A stretch of 64,000 bases of DNA from Tubiluchus corallicola (taxonomy: Eukaryota > Animalia > Priapulida). Below are positions 26,301 through 41,600 of the stretch, piece after piece (positions within the stretch are counted from its first letter, which is position 1; every line of letters starts with the position of its first letter). Position numbers and translations under genes: made by a program. Location: assembly GCA_030141605.1 (NCBI GenBank), contig JAQGDQ010000558.1:1-64000 (forward strand), written 5' to 3'. Under the pieces are notes generated by a model that had not been told where the DNA came from, did not search any database, and saw nothing but the letters and a program-made list of their open reading frames with translations.

Positions 26301-29300
26301 CATTACAATGAGGTGTATTAATATACATGTCTATGCAAATATAGATAATTTGTTTTGCTAACTGTTGGAGGAGTTAAGCGAGGCTGGCATTACAAAGGGG
26401 GGCATTATAACAAGGCTCGACTTATGTTTTCATTTTAGTTTAAAATTTTTTTACCTGATACTCTTCGTACGTAGCAATATAACTGGAGTATGTGTTAGAT
26501 AAACCCGCTATAACAGTCATATCAGGTGAAATACCATGCTCGCTTAATGTATGCACCACATTTTCTCGTATGCGCCTTCCAGACATGGTGGTAAACTCAC
26601 CGGGAACTGCCGCTATATACAATCCACCCAGACGTAGTAACTGAGTCTCCACTATTGACGGCTGCCAGGCATAAGGAAAACTCATCTGCAATCATCAAAT
26701 TTTAAACTTTGAAACGAACATCACAGTTTTAACAGACTCTAAAATCAGTAAAAACCATTTCGACACAAATATAATAAAAATATTGGTTGTTATTTATTAA
26801 TAAATTGTGTCAAATACCAACACCCTGCAAAGTCTTTTAGCAACAACCTCGACGGCTTTGCAGAGACTGCTAGATATTTTTAATAAATTTGCTAAAGAAT
26901 ATGATATCCTTGTAAATGTGAATAAGACTAAACTTGTCACGTTTCGCTCTGCCCACATGCAGCAGTTTACTTTTGGGTCTATTGTTTTGCAGTGTAAAAA
27001 TTTTGTACTGAGTAAAAAAGAAAAATATCTGGGTCATATTTTATCAGATGACAATAGAGATGATTTAGATATATTACGACAATGTTCAATTTACTATGGT
27101 AGAGCAAATAAATTACTCATGAAATTTACTCACTGTTCAGTTAACGTGAAGAGACAATTGTTTAATGCTTACTGCACTACTTTTTATTGTATGTCCACTT
27201 GGAAACATTTTTATTCTTACAATCTTAGCAAACTCAAGGTTGCATATAATGTATCAACACGGAAGCTGTTTAACTTTTCATATGATACGAGTGCTAGATA
27301 TATTTCTACTAGACTTAATATTATTTATTTTGATGTGATTCACAGAAAATGTGCATACAGTTTACACGTCAGGCTGAATAAGAGTGAAAATTTTATATGC
27401 AAGAACATTTTAAACAGTGATGTAAACTTTACTTCTGTAATTAGACGTCATTGGCGTAGTTTGTTATATCGTTAATTGTTATTTGTGTTATTGTTGTGTG
27501 TCATGATTTATTGTATTATTTGTATTAATTTGTGATGTGTATAAGAACTTTGTAAAGTTTGAAATAAAATATTAAATCTAAATCTAAAAATCTAAAGTAT
27601 GTCAAAGAATATTGATAAAAGCCGTGCTCATTGAACTAATGTTGGGAACTGCAACCTGATGAGCACAAATAAAGATTGTTTTCCTTAATCCTTAATTTCA
27701 TACATGCTGACTATTGGGTGACCGGGTGATAAAGTCACAGGAAAAAAAATCACGAAAGAGAGTCAAAATATTGACTAGGTAAGCAAGAAAAAGTCACAAT
27801 TTTGGCTAGGAAAAAAGCACAGGAAAAAAATCAAAATTAATTTTGGTTAGTGTTTGTTTTTACGGTTATTTCTCTTTTAGACTGTGCCTTTTTCCTGCGA
27901 CCATTTTCGATGACTTTTTTACTCGTGACTTTTTTACATGGATTCCTCAAAACACATGACTTTTTATCTGGATTCGATTATTCTTATTATTAACTACATC
28001 TATTGCATCATCACTGCATGCTTTCATATTTGTTTTTTCTGAATAAAAATAGAAAAAAGAATTGACGATAACAGAAGGTGTTAATCTGATTTTTAGGACT
28101 GCAATTTTCATTTTTAGTCAGTGAAGTATATAACATATAGAGTGGAGGGTTTGTTTGACGTTGCTTCATCTGTGTGTATAAAACCAGCAAGCCTGACTAT
28201 ACCGTATTAATGCAATTCTGGCATAGGTATTAAAGATGCAGTTGTATTGATGATATAAAGCTGGGGTGTGCAAATTGAGGCCCGCCGAGAGAATTTGTGC
28301 GGCCCGCGAAGAGATTTGTCAACCTAATGAAAGGGCGGCCCGGGCGATTAATTGAGTGCATCCAGCTGAAGTCCGTGCTACGATCCCAAAGTTAGTGTGG
28401 GTAGTTTTTTCTACTAAATCAGATGCCATTAACCCTTACAAGACGGTTATAGCTTAATGTCACTGTACTACACAGACTGTGTGATACACATTACTAATAT
28501 GCATTGTAATGAAATTACCACTATCTGTCCTGAAAGTAGAAATATATGGTTTGTAATATAAATTTTAATAACTTCTAAAAAAGTTTCTTGAGTGTAGTAG
28601 TAATGATGTACACAGGATGCAAAAAAATCGTTATTAGGCCTTTCTGTACTTGGCTCCTTGATCAAACTGCCTGTGGCCCGCAGGAATTGCGGGAAAGTTT
28701 AATGTGGCCCGGCTAGTCTGATAATTTGCACACCCCGATATAAAGTGAAATCTCTGATCAGGGTAATTAATCGTGTTTAACAGTTTAAACCAGCTCACTT
28801 CTCCAGTATCAACAAGTATTGGTTTAGGGCTTTGACAATCTATTTGCTCCTGTGACGGCGTCCTTATGAAATTCCGCACTAAATCCCAGAAGAAGTTACC
28901 AGACGTTGTGCCTAAAAAGACGAGATGTTAACTGTTGTGTTTCATTTTGTATTTTACGGTATTTTTATAGCGGCATAATGCAAAAGATTTCGGGCATTGC
29001 TGTAGCTTTTGGTCGGAGTTTTAGTTAATCGGAAGTGGTGCTGACAAGCCACTGGCGTAGCAGTGTCTAGTTTTTTTTGCTGGATTACTGCTGCATTTAC
29101 CTGTCTAAGGCAGATTTCTTTCATTTTAGAATTCTGCCTGCATAATGTCTACAATAGACGTGACGGGCGTATAATGATGATTTAGTTGACCATTTTTGTT
29201 GGGCCAAATCTTGAATAAAGTTGTATTTGTCTATTAAGTCAAAGCAATCTACTCGTTAAGCTGAATTCTACCCTAGTACTTGTCATTAAGTTTAGCATAA

Positions 29301-32300
29301 ACTAAGCTATTACACAAGATTTGTTTTCAAGTTTAGGTAAAAACAACCCCGTGATTTGGATTACTTATGAATACAACACACAAATGCAACACACAAACAA
29401 CAAATGACAATTTACACAAAACTGGAGAGACATAATCCTACACGGTAGAAAGCTAGAAAACACTCATGTGAAATTTGCTACTTTTGTCACAACAGTAATA
29501 ATAGTAATTGCCTAAAAATAGCTTAACTTCTTATAACTTGAGATGCAGAAAAAACTTGCAGCTACTTGTGATGTGTTTAAAACATGTGCTTTATACATAT
29601 GTATCCATTGTTTTAGACCATAAATAGATTTAACTATAAAACAGTAGCGTATAAATGTATAAAAATGTGTAGATATATACACACAATTTTGGAGGGGAGT
29701 AAGAATTTTTAACACTCGCCCATAAAATCTGCCAGCCCTCAAAATTTGGCACCCTAAGCTACAGGATAGTTAATCTATTGGTCAATACACCAGTGGCTTT
29801 TTAGACAGAACACCATACGTGGCATTTTCATTATAAAGACCTTGCTTAAGCTCGGTGGCCTAATAACACGTATGCGAATGAGTTTTACCTTGTTTAAAGT
29901 CAAATGCGCCTGGCCCATCCGTAGTTCCCGCAGCAAAGCTATATCCCATAGCAGGTTTACAGGTCTTTACCTAACATCAAAACAACAAATGATTCGTCAT
30001 TGGCCACAATTTTCACTAGATCAGCAGATGTGGCTCACCAGTCCACAAGTAATTTTATGAAAAAGCATTTTCATTACATAATTACATTAAATTACATGAG
30101 CTACTGTCGGACTTTGAAAATGAGAATTTTTTTACAAATGCAGTACAAAGGAGCTATCAAATTAAATTTTAGTGTTTTTGAACTCTTTCTTGATAATTTG
30201 ATGCTAGAATATGTAAGTCCAACATATTTAGTGTTCGTTTTTATAAAATATGTAAAATTGATATTTGACCAAATTTTTGGGTCATTCTACTTTGAAGCAT
30301 CATGACGCAGTATACCGACTTATGGACAGTTTTGGTATGCAAATCTTATTGTATGGTATTCTTATCAAAATTGCTAACATAGTATAACACACAAACTTTA
30401 AGCAGTGATTCAGAAAGAGCAAACAAAAATATAACAAGTCTGCTCATCGCCTAAAATTCTAACTAATGCAGCTTCACTAGTGTCTAGACCTTTCTGCCTG
30501 GGATTAAGACATATTATCCAGAATAAATTTCTGCATAAAACTGCTGTCAAGCTCCTTTTCAAAACCCCTGCTGGGAATGTGATTCATTCATTTGTGATGT
30601 CTGCTTTTTGCATAGATATGGACCGCTCAATAAATCAATAAATGATCAATAAATCAATTCTCAGGCTTTGTTGTTCATGATATTTTGGTGACGCAGCGTA
30701 TACTACAAGCACATTGTTTTAGACCATAAATAGATTTAACTATAAAACAGTAGTGTCAAATAGTTACATAATATACATGATATACTCATACAGTTACATA
30801 ATGTCACTTTAATGTCTTTGTAACAGCAAATGTTAAGCTGCCATAAGAAGCGGTACATGTAGCTGTTTTACGTTTGACATTTTTTTTGGCTAAAACAAGA
30901 TTTTCACGAAATGAGTCCAATAATGAGGGTGAGTCACACAAAATAGAAAAAAGCCGTGAGCACCCACCCACCTGTACCGATGCAACCTTTTCCCCTTTCA
31001 AACTGCACATCCCTGCCAGCTCTCCCATCCTCTTCCCTGTTGTTTTGTGCCCGACCACACCCAAATACTTACACATATTAAGGTAAGTAAGAATGTGAAC
31101 TTACCTTGTTAATACGGCCAAGCTTCTGTCTTGCCAACTGCCACCGTGCATAAGTTCGGCTTATTAATTATATCAACAAGCTGTCTCCGTAAAACTTAAT
31201 TAAAAATTATACTCAATTTGGAAATACCTTAGTTCCGTCTTCTAACTTAACTACCACGTCTGTCATGTCTACATTGTGATGTCTATAATCAACTGGACCG
31301 CTCAACTGTATTGTAGCGTTATCATATAACTCCTGAAAATCACATTTAAAAATATATAAACAGGATAAGCAAAATACAATAATAAATATTCCCGTAAAAC
31401 TGTACTATCTTAATTCCATCAAATTATTAACTAAGAAACTATTCATTTCTAACTATTTACTATTCATCACTATTTACTAAACGATACTAGTCAAGTTTTA
31501 TTACAGTGTTTGGGCTTTCAAAACCAAATTTGAAGCTAGAATAAATTCTGCTCTTTCTTCCCTCTTTATTTACCAAAACATATCATTATATCTAAACAAA
31601 ACCATAAACAAATGACAAAAAAACAACACTAGCCAAAAGTCAATTTTACATAATTCAGAGTTTCATACTGCACCGTCGCATTAATCAATAAATAGCTGTT
31701 ATCTTAAAGTGAATTTAAATTTTGTAAAGTAATTAGAGAATTTACGTACATTTTTAGCCCCAAATCATAAGCAATTGCAACAGATAACGACAACATTAAT
31801 CAACCCACAATGACACGTCCTCACTTCACACGCCTCTGACACAGATCAAATTGATCACGTGATTAGGACAAAAATCACCACAAGGTGGCCAAAGCCAACA
31901 ACAGGCGAAGGCCGCAAAGCGCGCCAATGCCAGATTTCCAGTACATACAGGCACTTAAAAACACTTACAGTTAAAAACAACACAACTTTACTGTAATGTA
32001 AAAGTTTTAACAAAGTTGTGTTGTTTTTAAGTACAAATACTACAGAAGATAACATTAAATTTACAGCCAAGTACAAAAAAATCTGGGAAATCGATAAAAC
32101 TGTTGTTCACAGTTAATAACATTCAATTTCCTTTGTTTGAAATAAAATGATCTTATTTACTCATCCAGTCCCACTAGTTGAAAGTTTGTGGATAGGATTA
32201 CAAGCTGCCTCATAAATCTCCCTCTTTCCTTTTGGAAAACCCCGGCATCTCTGTACTTACCAGAGCTTTTGTATATTGCTGTAAGCCGATAATTCGTGTA

Positions 32301-32970
32301 CTGTCAGTCATATCTACTCCTGGACCGGAAGCCACGCACAATTCACTCTGAAAAAGTTGCAGGTGACAATTATAATTCTTGAACACCCGCTGCCAGAGAG
32401 AAAGAAACTGACACAGCTGCAGCACCAGCTGCAATTCATCAACTTTAGCCTCAATATTTTTACATTGTTCTATAAAAGAACATTATCATTATCATTATCA
32501 TTATCATTGTCAATGTCATTGTCATTGTCATTGTCATTGTCATTGTCATTGTCATTGTCATTGTCATTGTCATTGTCATTATCATTGTCATTGTCATTAT
32601 TATCATTATCATTGTCATTGTCATTATTATCATTATCATTGTCATTGTCATTGTCATTATCATTATTATTATCATTATCATTATCATTGTCATTATCATT
32701 GTCATTGTCATTGTCATTGTCATTATCGTCATCGTCATTGTCATTGTCATTGTCATTGTCATTGTCATTATGATCATTGTCATTGTCATTGTCATCGTCA
32801 TCGTCATCATCATCATCATTATCATCATCATTATTATTATTATTATCGTTATCTTATCATTATCATTATCATTATCATTGTCATTGTTATCATTATAATT
32901 ATCATTATCATTATTATTGTTATCATTATCATTGTCATTGTCATTGTCATCGTCATCGTCATCGTCATCG

Positions 32971-33007
<37 letters not shown>

Positions 33008-36000
33008 TATTATTCACATTGATACATATATTAAAATTGTATAAAAGAAAGACTGTATCATTATTTATCTCTCACAAATACCAAAAGGTTCAAGCAAATA
33101 GATCTGTGAACTGACACTGTTGATAATTACTCACAGGTTTCATAGTTACAGCTACAAATCTTATATGTTACTAATGAATACAAAACAGTACACTCCATAA
33201 TGGCCAACACTGAAAATGTTAAACTGAAAACTTGACAAATTTGGCAAAGCCTGTAAACAAATAACAATTTCACCTTTCCGTCACAAGTGCTCGTCTCGAG
33301 ATCGCACGCTTTTCCAGTATCTTGGCAGTGGGGACCTCTGGTGTTTGGAGAAACGTCGCCTTCATTTGTTTGCGCAAAGGCTGCAACAAAGTCCCCCTGT
33401 AAAGTAACACAGGAACTAATGAACCATTTGATTAAAAAACGAAATTAAAAAAAATAGTATATATTAAAAACACAAGAAACTAAAGTGTTATGTTTTCGAT
33501 GTTCTTTATTCGTCATACAGTAAAGCGATGAACTCTACATAAAAACTGTGTAAGCCAGTTCAACATTATAATATCTTTTTATATAATAAGATCACGTTTT
33601 TGTAATTTATCACACCCTTAGTTGTAAATTTTAGATGATTGTAGAAAATGCTGAAAGGTGCAACTATTGGTATCTTAAAAATATTGTAATCTATGAAAAA
33701 ATCTTGATAACTACAGATTTAGCAATCTAGAAACTGTAGAATAAAACTAGAAGCATACAGTGCCTGGTAGACTTCCATTGTTCATATGACTCTCAAATAA
33801 CAACGATGCATAGCCCTTGTTGTCCCCTGATATGAACTCATTAGTATTGTTCATGCTGGTACAATGTACAGCAAACCAACTATAAAAACACGATAAATGC
33901 TATTACTTAATTAGGAGTAAAACAAGCATAGAGTTTGGATGCTCTCAAACTTACACCAGTTTTTTTCCTATTTCAGTTTCATTATCAGTGTCAGGGATGA
34001 GAATGACAAATTGCAAAAAACTCTGAAACAGGCCAAAGGGGGTTTGGGGCCACCTAGGCGAAGCCCCCTTGGAGCCAGCAACAAATTGCAATTTTGTGAC
34101 CATAGAGAACCTCTTAGACCTTAGACCTTAGTCCTTCCTGCGCATTGATGCACATTGGGCAGACAGCATTTTCCACTGAGTTCTATCGGCGGCTTCGTTC
34201 TCTACGTTTTCCCAACGTATGTTGACAGCTCGAAGGTCTTCTTTGAAGGATCTGCGCCACGTTGTTTTTGGCCGACCTCTTTTTCGTTTCCCACCAGGTG
34301 GTTCCCACTGTACTGCTGTTTTGGCGTAACGACTTTCTGATAGACGGAGAATATGTCCAGCCACTATGTTATGAACCTCTGAGTGGACTTAAAATATCAG
34401 TTACCTTGTTTCATGCATAATTTAAAATACCCAACTATCAAGGATACATGATACCTAATTGTCTCAAAAATGCCTAAGTACTGGCCGCTCCTATGCAAAA
34501 GTATATAAAAACTGTCTGCAATTGACTCAAATAACTCCGCATAATTGATTCTACGTTTTTATACATAGAGATATACACGTGGTTACACTGATGTACGTGA
34601 TGTAAACAAAGTGACGGCCTGCCAACTAGCGGCCAGCTTGTGAAATAATGTACTGGGTCCGTAAAAATTTTCTCAACGAATTTACGCGATTTACAAAAAT
34701 GGCACTACTGGTCTTCCAAAAACACGGAATTCCGTGTATCCACGGAAAATTCTCATCCCTGCAGTGTGAGACCAACACCACAGTTGCTCGTGCAAAATGT
34801 CTAGCACCACACAAGAAAGTTATAAAACACACTACAGACCATGAAGGCATGCACTTGTCCAACATCACACACCAAGCATGCAGCAAAACTCATCCAAGAA
34901 ATGCAAGATGCTGCATGTTTCATTTTGCTGGATGCCGGGTGAGCAAAGTCTATCGATAGTGTCTGTTTCCATCGCAATTAAAAATTTAGGTGACAACAGT
35001 AAAGCAATTTTCAAAGAACATACAGTATAAATACATGCCTGTTAAATTTGAATATTTAAGTATAGTTAAGCTTCGGTGAGTCGGTGAGACTCAAAGGGAA
35101 AGTCCACAAAGAAGTGGTCAGACCCGCTCTAATCTATGGGCTGGAAGCAGCTTCTCTAAAGAAGACCGAAGAGAAGAAAATGGGTGTGGTGGAGATGAGG
35201 ATGTTGAGATGGATGGTGGGAATAACAAGAAGAGATAAAATTAGAAATAATAATATCAGAGGAACAGTAAAAGTAGTGGAAGTCTCGCAAGATTGCGATG
35301 GTATGAACACCCGAAAAGAAGTCGGTGAAGATCATGTGGGAAAGGAAGACATAAATGAAGAGATGGTCAACAACAGGAATGCGTGGAGAAGACTCATTCA
35401 CAATGGCGACCCCGCATAGGGAAAAGCTGGGAAGAAGAAGAAGAAGAAGTACAGTTAAGCTTCGATATAATGCCCCTCTTTAAAATGCCAACTTCGCTTA
35501 ATGTCCAAATTTTTGGCAAAACAAAATGCCTACATTTGCACAGACATGTATGCATTTATGCACCGCGTTATAATGCCTTGCAAAATGTATGAAAAGTTTT
35601 GCTTATTTAACAGGTGTTTCTCTTGGTTCCTAAATTTGATGGGAAAGATTGTGATTTTCATTACGAGTAGATGCTGGTTATGCTTGGTACATGATGAGTG
35701 AAGTATGATAAATGTATAAACGATAAATATAAATATATATGATATATATATAGATGATATATCGCATATGCATATATAAATGTATGCATAAACTCGCTAT
35801 ATTAAGACAAACACTAAAAACTATTTCAACAAAAATGACATAGTCGGATTGATGCCAGTCAGTAGAGGTGTAAAACAATCGGAAAACAAATCAGTAAATA
35901 CTACAACTTGTTTATTAGCGTGACACTTGCCTGATTTACTGGGGAACTTGCGGGCCAGTATTATAAATCATAAATCATAACTGAAGCAAATCACAAAGCT

Positions 36001-37016
36001 GAAATCGATGCGTTTCAAAGGCGAAATTACAGAAACATTTTGGGTATTAGATGGCCAAAGAAAATTTCAAACAAAGATCTATATGAAAAAATAAAAGAAT
36101 AACATTGGACAAGAAAAATAAAAAGACGCCGTTTAAGATGGATTGGGCATATTCTTAGACAACTTGATGATATTCCAGTGAAGATAGCTCTTCAACAAGT
36201 CATAGAACCAGCTAAAAAACCTGCAGGAGGACAAATGTTAACATTTTTAGATTTTGCACAGAAAGATTTAAACACTTCAGCATTGATCCTTAGAAATAAA
36301 TGTACTTGGGGCATTGCGGCGAGCAGGGAGTCCTGGCATAGGGAGGGGAGTAGAATCACGCCACTGGACGTGCGATTCATTGGACGACGACGACGACATA
36401 GCTGGACATCATGTTATTGGAAGGCACTGTGGTTAGACACCAATCTAGCTAATTACCACAGTGCCCATGACCACAGCCAGGTATAAATGAACATAATGCA
36501 CAGTAACTTATATAAATTTTACCATCTTGTACAAGAGGCATAAAGCAACTGATGGTCACAACCTAAAAACTTACAAAAACTAAAAAGATGTTAATTGAAA
36601 TGCAGGTAAGTATTCAAAAACATTACCTGATCATCCCAATCCCAAGTCCATTGGCATTTACAAACTTCAGTACAATCATGTCTTTATCAACATCATATTT
36701 GTATCTAAATACAAAATAAGATAATTACAGCTTTTGAATGCCGGCAAACTAAAAAAACTAAAGCATAAAAAATAAATAGTACATAGCCATCAATAATGAC
36801 CATTGTCTATGTTTATAGGAAAAGAGAATATTTTACTTTTCATTTCTGAACATTAAAATATTCTCTTTTCCTTTTGTGTTTTGAACCATATATAATTATA
36901 TTTAATGTTTGACTATATTTAGGAACGACTGGTTTTTGGTTTTTGGTTTTTTTGCAGTTGTTGTATTTTTGTTTTTTGTATTTTGGAGAATAATGAAAAA
37001 ATACTTACTTACTTAC

Positions 37017-37053
<37 letters not shown>

Positions 37054-38403
37054 CTACCTACCTACCTACCTACCTACCTACCTACCTACCTACCTACCTA
37101 CCTACCTACCTACCTACCTACCTACCTACCTACCTACCTACCTACCTACCTACCTACCTACCTACCTACCTACCTACCTACCTACTTAGTTTATCAACTG
37201 AAAATTAGATTGAGAATAGATAAGCTTATCAGGCATATGAAATTCTACTGTAAATTCAAATCAAATCAAGTTTATTTTCTCAGTAGCATTTCAGGAACGA
37301 ATACATGTATAAAAATATATATGTGTTGATGAAGTAAATATAAAGTCAACAAGATACGGCAACGAATTGACTAAAAAGTTGTCAAGTCAGCTACCCTTCA
37401 GTTGGCAACAAAACAGGTTAATTTGGGCACTCGTTGACATGGCAGATTGAATAATGACGTAACGTTGTCAGTTAAGCAATTGTACATAATTATCATCTAT
37501 ATACATATTTTCGTCTATATAAATTTAATATGTATGTATATATATATATATATATATATTTATACATCAATATCACCTAGCCACTGGGGGGGGGGGGGGA
37601 CCAGCCCAACTCAGTGCCGGTCCCAAGCCCGGATAAATAGGGAGGGTTAGGGTCAGGAAGGGCATCCGTCTGTAAAACTGCGCCAAAACCTTCTATGAAT
37701 GAGTCGGTGAGGCTTAAAGGTAAAGTCCACAAAGAAGTGGTCAGACCAGCTCTAATCTATGGGCTGGAAGCAGCTTCTCTAAAGAAGACCGAAGAGAAGA
37801 AAATGAGTGTGGTGGAGATGAGGATGTTGAGATGGATGGTGGGAATAACAAGAAGAGATAAAATTAGAAATAATAATATCAGAGGAACAGTAAAAGTAGT
37901 GGAAGCCTCGCAAGATTGCGATGGTATGGACACCTGAAAGGAAGAGTCGGTGAAGATCATGTGGGAAGGGAAGACATAAATGAAGAGATGGTCAACAACA
38001 GGAATGCGTGGAGAAAACGCATTCACAACGGCGACCCCGAATAGGGAAAAGCTGGGAAGAAGAAGAAGATATATACATCAAAATTAAATATAATATATAA
38101 ATAAGGCATATTTTAAAACAAAAGAATGATAGTGAACAAAATGAACATTATTTTGAAAAGACCCATAGTATGACCTTTAGTGGAACTAGAAACACAATTT
38201 CAAGCAATAATAATAATAATAAAGGTAATAATATTCTACATACACCATCATTATTGTACAGTAATATACTGTACAGTAATTACTACTATACTTGCACTTA
38301 CTACTTACTACTATACAATAATTACTGAACAACAATAGTATTATTATGCAAAGTAATGATGATGATTATGATAAAAAATAATAATAATAACAATAACAAT
38401 AAC

Positions 38404-38479
<76 letters not shown>

Positions 38480-38518
38480 GTAATAGTAATAGTAATAGTA
38501 ATAGTAATAGTAATAGTA

Positions 38519-38611
<93 letters not shown>

Positions 38612-41600
38612 GTAAGCTCTTTTCAAATATAGTTACTTATTGATTAGTTATGTAATTATATAATTGAACATAATTATTTTGTGAACTTAATAAAATTTTT
38701 TATATTGAGTAATTTGTGCCAAAATTAAATATACAAGGAAGGCATATTTTTTAAAAAAACAATGACAGAAAAAAATGAAGGGTGTTTTGAAAAGACCCAT
38801 AGTGTGACAATTAATTAAATTTACCTACAACCGCATCTAATACAAAATAATGAAGAGCACACATGAACACAAAAATCTACTTGTGACGTTTTTGCCAGTG
38901 ATACAATCACTCAGCTTTCCTATGGAACAGTGCTTGACGTAGAATCTGGTTCACATTACACAGCAAACGTGGTTGCCAGACTATATCCTGCACTTCCCCC
39001 CTACGGGAAGCTTCTGGCTTTCCTTAAATAAACAAACTAGCATGTTGCTCTTGGGAGTCAAACACGATAACACAACTTAGTGAGATGAGTCTGTCAAGTC
39101 TAGTGTAATACGTGAGCGTTGACTTCTACTATTTTAAGCTGTCATTTGAAGTGTTTGGAAGATGTGCATAGATGTGTATAGTTGTAAAACAGTGGTGCTA
39201 TCTTAATTTTACATACTATTAACAAATAATAATCTTTCTATCTTTTATATCATCTCATATATGAGCTTCATTCATTACATCATTCCATTTTAAGCACTAA
39301 TGTTTTTTTATCACGATTCACTTTAAATTTTCAGATTATTTCCATTACTTTTTTTCGCAGTGTGGGACAATCTAACAAGCCCTGCTTTATGATTGCCCGC
39401 AACACATTTACATTTGTGTCTAGGTGAACAGTGTTTGAGGCTTTTCCTGTGCAGTATTTCTTATTTGTATTACGTTCATTGTAGGCCCTTTCACTAGATA
39501 TTGTACATGAAACTATTGCAAATGTGTAATGTGAAATAAATGACGTATGACTTGTCAGTATTGTCTCAATGGGTTGTGTCATTGTTTGTGCAAATCCGCA
39601 AACAATGAACTTAAGGCTGTCAGAAAAGAACAGGCAAAGCATAGTAGAGACAAGCATGACGCCTCCTGGGGAACAATACAACACCAATCAGGAGAAAAGG
39701 TACACTATTCGAGCTGTCAATTTTTATCCTGGATTTTATTCCTTTAAAACAATAAATGATCCCATAAACTGAAGGTTTAATATTTTTGGATTATACAGGA
39801 AATAAATGTAAGTAATCTTGTAATGAAATATTAAAACTTTTCCAACTGTAGAGCAATATGATAGTATATAACCATAGTGGACAGAAGAAAATCATTTTAA
39901 TTACTCTAAATTTAAATTTATGTTGTATTGTCATCATACTTTTTTGAGTTTTGGATAGTGCTGCCACCTTCAGGTGTTCTTGTTAAAATTGTTAAATCTT
40001 TCTCTTTACTGTTTAAATTTTCATTGGCTTCTGCAGTCTTTATGAATGCATAATCTCTAAACCTGTTTTCACACCTAAATGATTTCACCTGTAGTTTTGG
40101 TCACTTGGTTTTCTACTTTTCAACATGACACTACTTCACTGTTTATGTAGACACTTCAGAATAAAATCTTAAAACTAAATTTCAAGTTTTTTGGTTTCTT
40201 CAAACCACATAGTATTTAAGGATGACACCCACATTGTTATGGTTCCAGGGAAAAAATATTTTTATACAATGACACAACCAAGAAAACAAAATCAAGAACA
40301 ATATCAAAAAAGAACACGCTTAACTGCAGAAGAAACACTCACACAGACATTTACAAAAAGCCCATGAAAATGGTTTGGGTATGTTAGGGATTTCCTGTCA
40401 AACATCTGTTTCTAATACTGTTTCAGTTAAAGCTCCAAGCAATCTTCATTATAGTAAAATATCCTGGATATGTAACAGCCTGTGTATTTAAAGAAATCTA
40501 TGACATTCTGTACAGCCATTTTAGCACTGAATCAATTTATTAATAGTGTAAGTATTCAATGCTTACTAACTGAGTATAAGTACTGCTGCAAAACACTTTG
40601 CAGAAGTTAAGCGTTAGCAGTTTTAAATTTTTTACAAAGTTTTTATTCGTATCTTTTTACTGATAGAAGTTATCTATTCCTGTCGATGAATTAGCGCAGC
40701 TGTACGGTAAGTTCTACTGGTGCTGTAGCTACTTTAGTACTTTTTGCTCAGTCAGTCTCTTATGAATCTCAGTATATCTATCTGCAGCACTCACGGTCTC
40801 TTATGAATCTCAGTATATCTATCTGCAGCACTCACGGTCTCTTATGAATCTCAGTATATCTATCTGCAGCACTCACGGTCTCTTATGAATCTCAGTATAT
40901 CTATCTGCAGCACTCACGGTCTCTTATGAATCTCAGTATATCTATCTGCAGCACTCACGGTCTCTTACGAGTCTCTGTAAATCTGCCTGTAGCACTCACG
41001 GTCTCTTACGAGTCTCTGTAAATCTGTCTGCAGCACTCACGGTCTCTTATGAATCTCAGTATATCTATCTGCAGCACTCACGGTCTCTTACGAGTCTCTG
41101 TAATTATCTGCGCACTCACGGTCTCTTAGATCTCGTAATCTCTGTAGCACTCACGGTCTCTTACGAGTCTCTGTAAATCTGTCTGCAGCACTCACGGTCT
41201 CTTATGAATCTCAGTATATCTATCTGCAGCACTCACGGTCTCTTACGAGTCTCTGTAAATCTGCCTGTAGCACTCACGGTCTCTTACGAGTCTCTGTAAA
41301 TCTGTCTGCAGCACTCACGGTCTCTTATGAATCTCAGTATATCTATCTGTAGCACTCACGGTCTCTTACGAGTCTCTGTAAATCTGCCTGTAGGACTCAC
41401 AGTCTCTTACGAGTCTCTGTAAATCTGTCTGCAGCACTCACGGTCTCTTACGAATCTCAGTATATCTATCTGCAGCACTCACGGTCTCTTACGAATCTCA
41501 GTATATCTATCTGCAGCACTCACGGTCTCTTATGAATCTCAGTATATCTATCTGCAGCACTCACGGTCTCTTACGAATCTCAGTATATCTATCTGCAGCA

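Noticed and set aside
27655-27680. Hammerhead ribozyme core CTGATGAG (also near 45893)
   Set aside because: No stem II followed by GAAA and no closing stems with an NUH site
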